Origin: a virus
Taxonomy: Duplodnaviria > Caudoviricetes
DNA length: 64,000 nucleotides
IMG/VR virus record: IMGVR_UViG_3300033067_000628
Location: 1-64,000 of that record
Direction: 5' to 3' (one strand)
Notes under the pieces: model-generated
What the model was told of the DNA's origin: nothing
The model's input: only the letters and a program-made list of their open reading frames with translations
Database searches by the model: none
Part shown: piece by piece, positions 17,201 through 27,200 of the stretch
Numbering within the stretch: position 1 is the first letter of the stretch
Layout: every line of letters begins with the position of its first letter
Position numbers and translations under genes: made by a program

Positions 17201-19415
17201 AAGTATACTGTACGAAGTTATGGTCTACGATAGAACCAGTAACAGAGTATAGAATAAACTCATCTACGTCTTCGTTAAGAAGCTTTTCTTTCCAGCTACC
17301 CCATCTATTAAGGATCAAGCCAGAAGGCTTAGTAAGTCTTGGCACAGATCCGAATGATATAGTTGTATCTGATCTATCGCCAGTATAGGTAACAGCACAG
17401 CTAAACGGCTTAGGCTGTCTATATTGATAACCATCAAGGTAGTATCTAGTGCTAGTAGATGTATCCTTCAGAGTAACCATTACACCAGGGCCGCGAGGTA
17501 TTTGTATTACACCCTGTATTACACCAATCTTAAGTTGGCCTGTAGGCGGTTTGATACCAGTCATGCATATACCGATATCTTGAGTACTCGAAGAACTATA
17601 CCAGCTATCAACTACAACTCTCTGTGCAAAGATAGTAGAGTTATCAGGAGTAACATATGGCTCTACAATATACTGAACAGCAGCTATACCTGTGGCAGCA
17701 GTAGGAGGGCTAGCTGGATATGGTGAGTATGTACTTAGTAGTTCACCATAGAATATATTGCCAGTAGCTAATAAATTACCAGTCATCAATGGAGATGAAG
17801 CATTAGTACTCCATACACCAGAGTATGAATCTTGTATATTGAAGTTACGCCAAGCATTACCATAGAAGCCATCTTCTATTCTTACCAAGCCTTGGCCTGT
17901 ATAAGATGAAGATACCAAACCTGGGAATAGGTTTGTCTCTGGTGCTGGGACATAAGAACCAACAGCGACCCGTGGTATAGAAAGCTCGTTGTGTAGATAG
18001 ATCTCATCCTGATAGTGAGGAGGAGGTATTAGAGCTTGGTGCTTATCTTTGTCTATAGCAAAGAATATATCTTTAGGAAGAGATGACATCTTCCAGTTAG
18101 GAGTGATGTCAACTAATGTATAGCTACTCTTGGCTATTGTAGTTATATCATCTATCTCAGGCACATTGCCACTAAGAGAATTGGCTGTGAGCTTAAACCT
18201 TATTGCGTTTGGTATACCATTAAAGACTGGTATAGAAGATAGATCTATGTAGCTTGTAGGGCTTTGTGTGCCATTGAATGTTAAAACTGGAGCAGCAGAA
18301 TCTTGCCATGCTGTAGATCCAAAGGACCCAGATGGCGTAGCATACTGTACAGCAACTGTGGTACTACCACCATTGTATTGGTTAGCTTTAACAACAGCAC
18401 CAACATAGTTAGATATAGAGTGGCTAGGATACCACGGAGCTGTATAGATACTCTTAGAGCCACTAGGATATGTAACAGCATATCCACTAGGATAAGATAC
18501 AGCAGACAGTCCAAAGGTTATCTTAACGTCATCCCAAAGGACAGTACCTTCATAGCCAGCTATGCCGGTTAAGCCTTTAGAGTCATAGAAGAATGGAGTA
18601 CCAGTATTACTCTGGAAGAATCCGTTAGTACCAGTAAAGTTAGCACCACTGAAGAAAGGTGGAGCACCGAAAGCAATGTATCTACAAGACTGTGTAAATG
18701 GTAAAGCTGACTGGCCAGATGGAACATAGAGACTTGTATTGTCATCAGCTTGAATGGTATAAGAGTTAACCTCTTTAACCAATCTAATACGTCTCATCCT
18801 AGATGAGTAATCACCAGGAAGAATAGCGCCAGTTGTGCCGTGAACTTTCAACCCAGACGGGTGGACTTCTATAAAGCCCCAGTTAACTGTATTACCAAAG
18901 TATATACCATGGCATGTAACGCCACTAAGAGACTCTGGACCAAGCTGGTGTGTTACGCCTTCAGGTAAAGATCTCACACTAAGCTCAATGGTCATCTTAC
19001 CATATTGCAAAGTAGTCTTACTAGATGCATTATAAACAAAGCAGCTATGGTTGCCGCTAACCCAATTACCATTAGCACCAGTAACAGGCGTTGTTGTAGA
19101 TGTAAAGAACGCCGTTTGTGAAGTATCTCCAGTGTTACCATAGATACCAAGCGAGGTGCTTTGGTAACCAGTAGCAGTAACAATAGAGAAGTTACCAGTA
19201 ACTATAGGTATAGAGTCAAGAGTGTTATTGACATCCCAAGTAGTAACTGGTGGCCATGGTGCATCGAATGAATATGTTTGTCCAGAGAAGTAGGCGGGGA
19301 GCAACTTAGCTACCCCGTCTACTATCTCATATTCACCGGTATTGGTGTATATAGCACCATCAGAGCTAGAAAAATCATCCTTAGCCCAGGTGCTATACTG
19401 CGGTAGAAAAGTCAT
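14232..19415 (-). CDS. Tail fibre/adhesin with two LamG (concanavalin A-like) domains
   Basis: 1727 aa and G/S/T/Y-rich. LamG-like signatures VLFEGWIRP...GNWNHIGVY...LEINGRPV (about 16480-17120) and GGFFKIF...GSWCHIGI...SYISGDL (about 15425-15960). Confidence 0.65.
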   Translation of the reverse strand: MTFLPQYSTWAKDDFSSSDGAIYTNTGEYEIVDGVAKLLPAYFSGQTYSFDAPWPPVTTWDVNNTLDSIPIVTGNFSIVTATGYQSTSLGIYGNTGDTSQTAFFTSTTTPVTGANGNWVSGNHSCFVYNASSKTTLQYGKMTIELSVRSLPEGVTHQLGPESLSGVTCHGIYFGNTVNWGFIEVHPSGLKVHGTTGAILPGDYSSRMRRIRLVKEVNSYTIQADDNTSLYVPSGQSALPFTQSCRYIAFGAPPFFSGANFTGTNGFFQSNTGTPFFYDSKGLTGIAGYEGTVLWDDVKITFGLSAVSYPSGYAVTYPSGSKSIYTAPWYPSHSISNYVGAVVKANQYNGGSTTVAVQYATPSGSFGSTAWQDSAAPVLTFNGTQSPTSYIDLSSIPVFNGIPNAIRFKLTANSLSGNVPEIDDITTIAKSSYTLVDITPNWKMSSLPKDIFFAIDKDKHQALIPPPHYQDEIYLHNELSIPRVAVGSYVPAPETNLFPGLVSSSYTGQGLVRIEDGFYGNAWRNFNIQDSYSGVWSTNASSPLMTGNLLATGNIFYGELLSTYSPYPASPPTAATGIAAVQYIVEPYVTPDNSTIFAQRVVVDSWYSSSSTQDIGICMTGIKPPTGQLKIGVIQGVIQIPRGPGVMVTLKDTSTSTRYYLDGYQYRQPKPFSCAVTYTGDRSDTTISFGSVPRLTKPSGLILNRWGSWKEKLLNEDVDEFILYSVTGSIVDHNFVQYTSTGAISRNSSPLRDYDVYDTVPYSPVSRSSVLFEGWIRPHGFVSTITGFEVELLKSVSSDGRGLFLYLNRSGEPRATIDLNVHSSAMGITGDSWQVAGPRTNGSVITGRSGQVSVTSESNTLSFGNWNHIGVYQDTRAIGDIQTASDQPLVAAGDKIYHGARTSRLVLEINGRPVNSVGLAIDPYGETGFLAGSVAASYPASTTYVNTWPKIPSYALTGTSRQTTIGQYVLCDMDHLRFGIRDRVDARASCSVFGAKTSPPTFTPWNSIKPPIPSTGDYNHLQWSHIYRLDAQEDAFEWDEGFGITHLKIPNNASVTQELSSRGIKTHQLFVEKIIGPKGRYARRLGPSANLVIPFSAYDERIFNGTGSASMTQAGVANAGDRYYSNNSAFAHANLDKWASGLSGYQRTNSNSRFVAGGFFKIFNLPTGALEVADLVSYEEVNGINSYALASAYIGINSGAQLVYGTRRTREGIGTTSQYVVGPFTGGIVPTGSWCHIGIDANLGLGSGYLKSYISGDLDSNTPVYLTETGWLSSTTGRCVGYQGLLGSSLNNVTNRSNFIFGGEHPRDASISAAQSFRYFDVGVSELFVGFPFSGYIWPWKQLAHTGASGFSGLSDVAVKNTDTIIDYIVGTGTPTQQPYYGIAHYPATPFTGAGEHLLWCTSNMGNDYEGLNKAGLALFDESVFINAESYYAMYENDSATQSFGSTDSPIQIGSNVPPEGVNLALINNKEWTSDSSTVAFDLSDKNYANITNKFYGDFTARTFIYNPSGQGIRATGQFDSTDIRLSSFPVWNDNANSYVGYFMHLIGGESKGIYVPNALPHSQVTGDYDQYHNNLTKIDKAIVIKDAQGNNLTYDEFPYRIVSFPYNPSIPLTGVSNYYGFNTVINSGLVNTDRVYTSILISPYQTIGKTVFINYPSLSYDNSVVNLQDTEIYNPIPLMKQVSYDDVYPDGKFSGQSGWYSMNLNATLRSYDINIWHGDTTGWTGSV

Positions 19416-19418
19416 TTT

Positions 19419-20717
19419 TTAGTTGCCGCTAGAAATCAAAGCAGTCATGTTGTCTAAGATATCTTGGTATATGACTACCTGATCCGGGGTTAATGAATCA
19501 ATTAAGTTATTGACTTCAGTAGGATCGTCATCAAGCTTATAAAACTCTTGAGCTGAGCCAGTAACTATTAACTTGTAAGGCCATTTGATCATTGTCTCTG
19601 CAGAAGAGGTATGAGGTACTAAACCAGATGGCTTAAACATTTGAGCAAACAAATACTGACGTGGAAGTATAGAGCTTGTATCTTGAATAACAGGCATGAT
19701 GTCCATACTATCAAGATGTCTTGTAGCTGTTACAATGGCTGTATTAGCTCCTGTGCATTCAGCAATAAAACCAAACAAGTCAACTACAGATACAAGCTGA
19801 TTGGTGAATCTACCTGGATTAACTACAATAGGACCAGATATAATTAGTGGTACTCTAATGCCACCTTGGTATACACTTCTCTTGTACTTACTTGGATCAG
19901 CAGGCGGCTCTACTGCACTAGACTCAGTACCATTGTCACCTACGATAATGAATACTGTATTAGCAAGCTTGACTGAGTCCATCTCAGACATGATCTGACC
20001 TATCAAAGTATCAACTGATTCTAGGTTAGCATCATAGTAAGAGAAGATCTGCTCTGGCGTAGTAGGTAGAGTGCCAGGTGCTGGTAACCCAGCTACTGTA
20101 TGCAAAGTAGATGGCGGTACGCTATAGTCAGCATGAGGTGGATTAAAACCTACATAAGCGAAGAACTTATTAGGTTGCGCATTGATCCAGGTTACAGCAT
20201 CACGTTTAGCATGTGAGGCAGACCAGGTAGTCTCATCATAAGGCGGGGCAGATATGTTAGTAGATACGCCATTATTTACCTTACGCCATATCCAGTGGCT
20301 AGGAAGGTCATTAGACATACAGCCATGGAATTCATGGAAGCCATTACGCAATGGATGTAGGTCATCACTTGTAGCTGTACCAGAGTGCCACTTGCCAAAA
20401 GCACCACATTTGTATACGCCACTAGATGTGGTACGACGTATCATCTCAGGTATTAGAATCTCTGAGTCAGGAAGCTCATATTCATTAGCAACTATATTGC
20501 AGCCATGGCCATGTCTAAATGGGTTTCTACCAGTAAAGAGACTGGTTCTAGTTGGGCCGCATATAGGCATAGCATAGGCATTACGGAAGACAATGCCATT
20601 AGCTGCTAAGCTATTCATTACAGGGGTATTAGCGCATACTGTGTCTTCTTCATAGAATGACAACTTGCTAGGGCTAATATCATCGAGCACTATTAGGACA
20701 ACATTATATTGAGTCAT
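19419..20717 (-). CDS. Formylglycine-dependent (Cys-type, S1 family) sulfatase
   Basis: All canonical motifs occur in order: NVVLIVLDD, CGPTRTSLFTGR (catalytic Cys codon 20559-20561), GKWH, GFHEFHG, PPH, GDNG, KRSVYQGGIRVPLI, EFYKLDDDPTEVNNL. The true start is probably the ATG at 20717 overlapping the upstream TGA (ATGA); the ORF track starts at 20738. No signal peptide. Confidence 0.93.
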   Translation of the reverse strand: MTQYNVVLIVLDDISPSKLSFYEEDTVCANTPVMNSLAANGIVFRNAYAMPICGPTRTSLFTGRNPFRHGHGCNIVANEYELPDSEILIPEMIRRTTSSGVYKCGAFGKWHSGTATSDDLHPLRNGFHEFHGCMSNDLPSHWIWRKVNNGVSTNISAPPYDETTWSASHAKRDAVTWINAQPNKFFAYVGFNPPHADYSVPPSTLHTVAGLPAPGTLPTTPEQIFSYYDANLESVDTLIGQIMSEMDSVKLANTVFIIVGDNGTESSAVEPPADPSKYKRSVYQGGIRVPLIISGPIVVNPGRFTNQLVSVVDLFGFIAECTGANTAIVTATRHLDSMDIMPVIQDTSSILPRQYLFAQMFKPSGLVPHTSSAETMIKWPYKLIVTGSAQEFYKLDDDPTEVNNLIDSLTPDQVVIYQDILDNMTALISSGN

Positions 20718-21733
20718 TCTATTGATACCTCTGTCCATGCGGACATTTCACTTAGTTCACCAAACTCACCTTGGAATCGTACAGCGTAGCCGTAACGCCT
20801 TCCACTCCTTATATTTCTGTCATACATTGTTTTCCAAGGTTCAGAAGTCCAGTCTTTCCAAACCTGAACATTATCGACATTATTTTCATATCTTAGTACT
20901 TGATATTTAACCTTTAACTTGTCTATTAAAGCATTGTTCTTACTAAGATAGTACATCGAAACCTGGACGTGTCTAGGATCAGACATAACTAATACAGAAG
21001 GAGAAGCAGGTACAACATTAACCATAGCATGTATATTCAACATACTTTGATTACCAATAGTATCTGCAAAGGTTACAACTACATCAGTAGGGTCACCAAA
21101 GATAGAGTTGGCAGTGATAGATATCTCTTGTATCTCATCTTCACAAACAGTTAGGCTGAAGTCATCTGTAGTAGGCGTAGTGCAATTTATTGCACATAGA
21201 CATGGCCCTGTGCCAAGGTCAGAATATTGAATCTTAAGCTGTTGGGTTACGCTATAAAAGTATATCTTATATGGAGTAGGCAGTAAGCCCTTCTGTAGAG
21301 TGTACTGTGCTGATGGGTTAGAGCTTACAAAGACATTAGCGTCTTGTATTATACTACTGAAGTTAAGATTACCAAGCGTACCAAACAACTGTAGGTCTAG
21401 ATTTAAAGAAGCTACGCTGGCATAGTTATCGATCAATGAGCCAACTGAGTAGGCAAGCACGATAGCTTTAGTAGAGCAGTTAGTTACTATAGGGAACTCA
21501 GCAACGCCGATTCCTTTATACTCAGGTATATATCCTGCGCTAACATCTACACCATTTATCTTAAGCACAGGTACGTAATCATATACGCCAGTAATGACAG
21601 CTCTGACATAGACAATGTCGAGGTTGTCTCTATCTTGGCAGCACTCTACTATATACAAACTCTCAGGTACAACCACGCCACCAACGTTAGCTGCTAAGCA
21701 AGAGAAGTTACTGTCATCGATTTCTGTAAACAT
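20714..21733 (-). CDS. Cys-rich virion protein with C-terminal fibronectin type III-like domain
   Basis: 8 Cys (including CC and CLCAINC). The C-terminal PASPSV...YQVLRY...SGRRYGYAVRF...SEMSAW is an FN3-like pattern. Confidence 0.55.
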   Translation of the reverse strand: MFTEIDDSNFSCLAANVGGVVVPESLYIVECCQDRDNLDIVYVRAVITGVYDYVPVLKINGVDVSAGYIPEYKGIGVAEFPIVTNCSTKAIVLAYSVGSLIDNYASVASLNLDLQLFGTLGNLNFSSIIQDANVFVSSNPSAQYTLQKGLLPTPYKIYFYSVTQQLKIQYSDLGTGPCLCAINCTTPTTDDFSLTVCEDEIQEISITANSIFGDPTDVVVTFADTIGNQSMLNIHAMVNVVPASPSVLVMSDPRHVQVSMYYLSKNNALIDKLKVKYQVLRYENNVDNVQVWKDWTSEPWKTMYDRNIRSGRRYGYAVRFQGEFGELSEMSAWTEVSIE

Positions 21734-24210
21734 TATGTACCCTTAATCCAAACTATAGTCCTCTGTGCCAATGACACAGACTGCGGATTTCTTAGTGCTA
21801 CACCTATATATGAATACCTTGGACATGCAATTGAAGTTATCAAGAACCCATTAGATATAGTAGTTCCAGCAACTTCTACTGCATCAGTAGGTGTAGACTT
21901 GTCAGAACCAGCATGGTATATCGACATATCAGTAGTATAGAATGGCGTAATCAAACTAATAGTATATGAGTTAGTAGTAGCGTTATAGCTCATACTATAA
22001 ACAGATATATCATTATAGGTTAAGTCTTTACCTATATATAGCGTTAGAGAATTGACAATAGGAGCAGTAGAGGATATCTTCAATATAGTGTCATTAAGAT
22101 CAGCACGCTTACTTTGATAAGACATAAGAGCACAGTAGTCTCCTACAGGAGAAATACCACCTTCTGTAATCTTACCAGTAGAATAATACTTAACAACATT
22201 GCCATCCTGTAAGCTAATAGAATGCGTGATATCTTTATTGTCACATACAGTCATAGCTGTTAGATTGATAACTTCACTTGTACCAAGATAGCTAGTGATA
22301 AGCTTAATAGAATAGTCTGGCTCACCAAGAACCAATCTCATGGACTTATTAGGATCTACAAGACTAAAGACTGAGTCCTTATACGGTGCAGCCGTTGCAC
22401 TAGAGATATTAAGAACTCCACCACGAATCGTGCCGCTGTCTAAGAACTTAATAGGTACCTTGACTACACCTTCGATATCACCTTGTTCAGTATAAGCTAT
22501 AGCCATTAAGTAGCCTACACCAGGCTTATACCGTATAGGGAACTTATCTGCAATCTTAATAGACCCAGCTCTGCTAATCGTTTTACTGGTACATAAGAGG
22601 TCGAGGCTAGAGTCAGTCTTAAGAAGGACAGCTAACGTATAGCGATATACTTTTGATGTACGTGGAGTTAGATAGCATTCAAAGAATGCAGCATCCCCGA
22701 CTCTAACATTCTGTTGAGACTTAATATCAAATTTGAAGTTAGCTATGAAGTCATCTGTGTTCTTAGCATAGTCTACATTGGCTAAGATCTTACGTATTAC
22801 ACCAGAAGGACTTCTATTGCCAGCAGACATAAGACCTAAGTTGGAGTCTACACCTATTGGCCTGGCTTGAGCTAGACCTCTTGAAGATTGTGACTGTATC
22901 TTATTGCCAGGATCTATAGATATTTCTTTTGGTGCAGCAACACTGATATGGTTTAATACATCATTCGATCCGTTTATGTTGATACGTGAACGTAAATTGT
23001 TACTGGATCTTATATAGACATTCTGTCCGACTGTCGTAATTGAGTCCATTACCTTAGTGCTTGGACTTACTGTCTTGTCTGCATTAGGTGTAATGTTTAG
23101 AATAATGTCTGGCTTGTCCGGACTTCTAATACTATTGGGAGAAAGATTAAGCTGACTAGCTGTTGCACGCTTATTAATGATAGCATTGTTTTGGCTTAAG
23201 AACTCTCTAGCTTTAGCTGCTACCTTGGCATTAAGAGTACGTGACATACTTATCGAAGCACTGGCGCCTCCGTATGTAGTTCCTTTTAGCCTACCATGAA
23301 AGACAGTACCAGGACCATATAGGCCTTCACTAGAAGACGCACCCAGAGTTCCGAATTCATATGAGTATATATTTTCTAATGGCGATAGAGCTGGATAGCC
23401 AAAGACATTAGTAGAAGGCACACCACCAGGGCCTTCTGGACCAGGAGTAATAACAACCTGGCTTGGTTCGTCACCTGGCTCAAATGAACTAAAGATAAAG
23501 CTAGGAGTAGAAGGACCAGTCAATGGACTACTTGGGAAAGTAAATCCTGATGTACCAGTACCTATAGGACCGGTACCAAATACACCAGTCCCAGTAGCTA
23601 GGCCACTAGAGGCGCCACCACTGTGAGGAGTGCCAGGACCTGTACCATTGCTTGGCTGGCTAAAGGTCCAGCCGCTATCAGGTTGGCTAACTCCATCGGA
23701 TCCAGTAGGCGCATGATACTCACAGTATAGGCAACCGTTACTATCACTTCTTAGTATATAGTTAGGGCCACAGTTGTTGCTAGTGTTAAATGAATCACCA
23801 GATGTATTAACAGTGCCCTGAGGTGCTTGCCCGTACTGTGTAGTATAGTGAGCAGTACCACAAGGATCTACATAAGAACATGTAGGATCTGAAAGAACTA
23901 GCTGAACTAAATAAGAATGATTAGAGTCAAAGTCAGCAGGGCTCAAACCCTCTAGGCCGCCATAGTCCCATACAAACTTATAGTTACCAGCATACTTAAT
24001 CACAGTAGAGTGAAGAGGATGCTGCGTATTGGGAGTCATTGTTATCCAGCTAGAAGAGCATACACTTCTATAGCCGCAATCTTCTAACACGAATTGCCAA
24101 GACCCAGCATCTGGATTAAAACAATCCTGACGCAAGTAGAAAGATATAATCAATCTACGCGCCCATGGTATGTTCTCTATAGAAGTAATATCTATCTTAT
24201 GAATAGCCAT
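21733..24210 (-). CDS. Multi-domain virion protein: Cys-rich N-domain, G/S/T/P linker, C-terminal beta domains
   Basis: 825 aa, with 8 Cys in the first 163 residues, followed by a low-complexity linker. Coupled on both sides by TAATG. Confidence 0.5.
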   Translation of the reverse strand: MAIHKIDITSIENIPWARRLIISFYLRQDCFNPDAGSWQFVLEDCGYRSVCSSSWITMTPNTQHPLHSTVIKYAGNYKFVWDYGGLEGLSPADFDSNHSYLVQLVLSDPTCSYVDPCGTAHYTTQYGQAPQGTVNTSGDSFNTSNNCGPNYILRSDSNGCLYCEYHAPTGSDGVSQPDSGWTFSQPSNGTGPGTPHSGGASSGLATGTGVFGTGPIGTGTSGFTFPSSPLTGPSTPSFIFSSFEPGDEPSQVVITPGPEGPGGVPSTNVFGYPALSPLENIYSYEFGTLGASSSEGLYGPGTVFHGRLKGTTYGGASASISMSRTLNAKVAAKAREFLSQNNAIINKRATASQLNLSPNSIRSPDKPDIILNITPNADKTVSPSTKVMDSITTVGQNVYIRSSNNLRSRININGSNDVLNHISVAAPKEISIDPGNKIQSQSSRGLAQARPIGVDSNLGLMSAGNRSPSGVIRKILANVDYAKNTDDFIANFKFDIKSQQNVRVGDAAFFECYLTPRTSKVYRYTLAVLLKTDSSLDLLCTSKTISRAGSIKIADKFPIRYKPGVGYLMAIAYTEQGDIEGVVKVPIKFLDSGTIRGGVLNISSATAAPYKDSVFSLVDPNKSMRLVLGEPDYSIKLITSYLGTSEVINLTAMTVCDNKDITHSISLQDGNVVKYYSTGKITEGGISPVGDYCALMSYQSKRADLNDTILKISSTAPIVNSLTLYIGKDLTYNDISVYSMSYNATTNSYTISLITPFYTTDMSIYHAGSDKSTPTDAVEVAGTTISNGFLITSIACPRYSYIGVALRNPQSVSLAQRTIVWIKGT
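23380..23710 (-). repeat. Low-complexity Gly/Ser/Thr/Pro-rich coding segment (GTG-rich)
   Basis: Encodes PTGSDG...GTGPGTPHSGGASSGLATGTGVFGTGPIGTGTSG...PGPEGPGGVP. The DNA has imperfect accagt/accagg repeats. Confidence 0.7.
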
Positions 24211-27200
24211 TAGAATTCAGAGCTCAGGAATTGGTTTTCAAACTGAGACAGCTTGGGGTTCTGTAGTATGATTGGGAATGTAGCAACGAACTCTCTATTG
24301 AGTGGCTCACTGACACGAACCTCAAGCGCAAGTTCAGCATCGTAGTCTACTTGTATTGCACCAGAGTAATCATTGAATACTTGGTTGTGATGGAAGATAA
24401 TCGTATTCTTATTTACAGGATCAGGGTAAGCATACTTAGGTCTATACTCTACATAGAAAGTAGAGTCAATAGTACCAGCAGGAAGTTCTATCTGCCCATA
24501 TGAGTAATTGATTCTATACTCATTAGACTGAGGATCAACCTGAGTCTCAGAGAAATTAATAACGCCAGCTTTAACTTTGACACTACCATTACAAGGCGGA
24601 TAGCCTAATGTGATAATAGACTTATCACCATTGCTTTCGGCTACATATAGACCTGTTAAGGCTGTATCTGATAAGGTCTTATGTTGTTTACCGCTAAGAC
24701 CAACGACTGTTATATTACCATTGTTCTCTGTGCTTACATTGTATCTTGTAGAGATATACGATAGACTATCTACAACTCCTGATAGTCCACTTACGCTGAG
24801 CAAGCTACGAGGAACACTACCAACGTAAGACACCAAATGAGCATCAGGACATACAAAGCCACAAGAAAAACTGCCATTGCTATTAAGTGAGCCATAGATA
24901 GTAGAGCCTAACTGTTCTTTTGCACCATAGTGTTTTTTAGAAAGCCAGCCAGGGAAGTTCCCATTAGGATCGTATACATGTGCAACGTAGTTCCTGAGGC
25001 TGTAGGGATTATAAGAAGTATCCAATACTTGGACACTTAGACCTTCGGGAAGTTCTGCTTCTTGTGAGACTCTTAATACAGAAGGGCTCATTACAGCCTG
25101 TGCTGCATTCTTAGGGAATACATATGGAGAGATAATATTCTGAGGCTCACCAATTGTATCGCTATCAACAGAGCGTTGATGTAGCTTATCTTTACCGTAG
25201 AGTCTAGCCCAAGGAAGAACGCTCATTCTGCCATGAGGCCAGCGATACTCATGCAAGGTAGTGACTTCAGGATCTGAAGGACCACCCCATATGGTAGCAG
25301 GCATATCAGCTATATACAAGAACCCATTTGGGTTCTCGTTAAAGACCGGGCTAATATTCATTCTCTTGTCAATAAATATACCAGACTGATCAGTCTCAAA
25401 CTCCACAGTCATATCAGTGAAGCTAGGCTTAGGATGGTAATAGCTTGGCTCAAGAGAGTACTCGGCTTGTACTGCATCAAGTGCAAAGAAAGCACCTGTA
25501 GACATTAGTCCAGAATAGTTATAGCCAGATAGAGTTAACTCAACCTTAGTAACGTTATCATCTAGTACTGCTGCACCAGTCTTAAGATAAACTAGAGGAG
25601 CACTAGCGAGTCCCGGCTGTGATAGATCTATTATCTGATCAGCAGGACCAAGAGGTAGATAGTATCTCTGATAGCTAGGACCTACAACGAAGTCACCTTC
25701 TATACGAGCTGGGATCTCTTCATCATAGTTATTAAATTGAGTTACTATATACTTACCACTAAGGCCTGTAATAGATTGACCATTAGTACCAGTGATACCA
25801 GTAGGCAACATAGCATGCCAAGTAAAGCATAAGTTCTCATTGCTATGTATATCTATTTGTGGAGACGTAATAAAGCCTGGGTCTGGAGATACAGACAAGC
25901 CTACAGCTTTATCACCCCAATATGAGAACTGATTCCATAGTATAAATACAGACCTAGGGTTGCCTTGAATCTTAGAGATCCAATCTCTAGGTGTATTACC
26001 AGAATAGCTATAGCAGAAGTCGCTGTTCTCTAATAGGTTAGAGTTGCCACCAAATTGTATATGACTCTCGTGAGTCTTATGATCTAAGACAACTTGGAAG
26101 TCTCTATATACAGCATCAATAGGATTAGTAAATGCAATTCTGTCATCAGTAATAACTACAGGGGCACCAGCTTGATAAGACTCTGGTAAGATAAAGCTAG
26201 TAATACCATCTTTAATCTTAAAGACATAATAGGCATTCTCATTAGTGAATGAGTTGTCATACCATTGACGTACCTTACCCAGGATTTGAATCTCATCATT
26301 ATATGATGTGATGTTGTTATTCCTATGGTAGATAGTTAAGTTCATACCAGAAAGGTCCCAGTCCTTTTCGGATATCTCTTTATCTCTAATACGAATAGAG
26401 AGTGGCTGCTTTGTATCTAAGATACCAGGAAGCTTAAGAACTGTCTTAGCAAGATAGCCTAAGTTAAAGGCACCCTTCTTGCCATATAAATAGAATGGTC
26501 TTTCATGAGACCAGAAGTATCCAGCTTTGATAGCAGGATAGGTCATAGTCAACTCTTGAGCTGATATAACATCAAGAGGATCTATATTACATTTCTTAGA
26601 TGGATCAAGCTCTAGTGGGGACGTAAAGATATCTTGACCAAAAAAACCATTAAGAGACTTCTTGTCGTTAGCACCAATAGCAGTTAACGGGAACTGTCTA
26701 GTGTTAAGAAGAGAGTCTACAGATATAAGTGTGGTGTTAAAGTCAGATGGTATATAGAAGCTATCAGAGCTATAGAACCATGAGGGAACTTTACCGAGAA
26801 GCGGGCTATTATCTATGATATTCAGATTAACAATAGACGAAGATGTATTGCTTAATAGCGATACGTTCTGTATAAACACTGGGTGTATAGATACAGAGTG
26901 CTGATCAATTAAAGCTGCATTGCTAGAACCAAGAGGACCCGCTTGTCTCCAGTCTAGTATATTGACATAACTTTTTCTTACTATCTCCTGCTCATCTTGC
27001 GGGAGAGTGGCATTGTCAGAACGTAACTGAACAGGGCATGTTTGAGAATAGAAGTCATTATAGTCACTGAGCAATCTATTGTTCTTAAGATCTTCTTCAT
27101 AGAAGATTGCAGCAGGACATCCAATTGTATATACTAAGTTACCAAGGCAGTAGACTGTGCTAGGATTGGAGTTACCATATGTACGTTCGCCCTGGAGTAT

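Noticed and set aside
20718-20738. N-terminal extension MDRGINR of the sulfatase
   Set aside because: It lies inside the upstream gene. The ATGA-coupled start at 20717 gives the typical sulfatase N-terminus (MTQYNVVLIVLDD).
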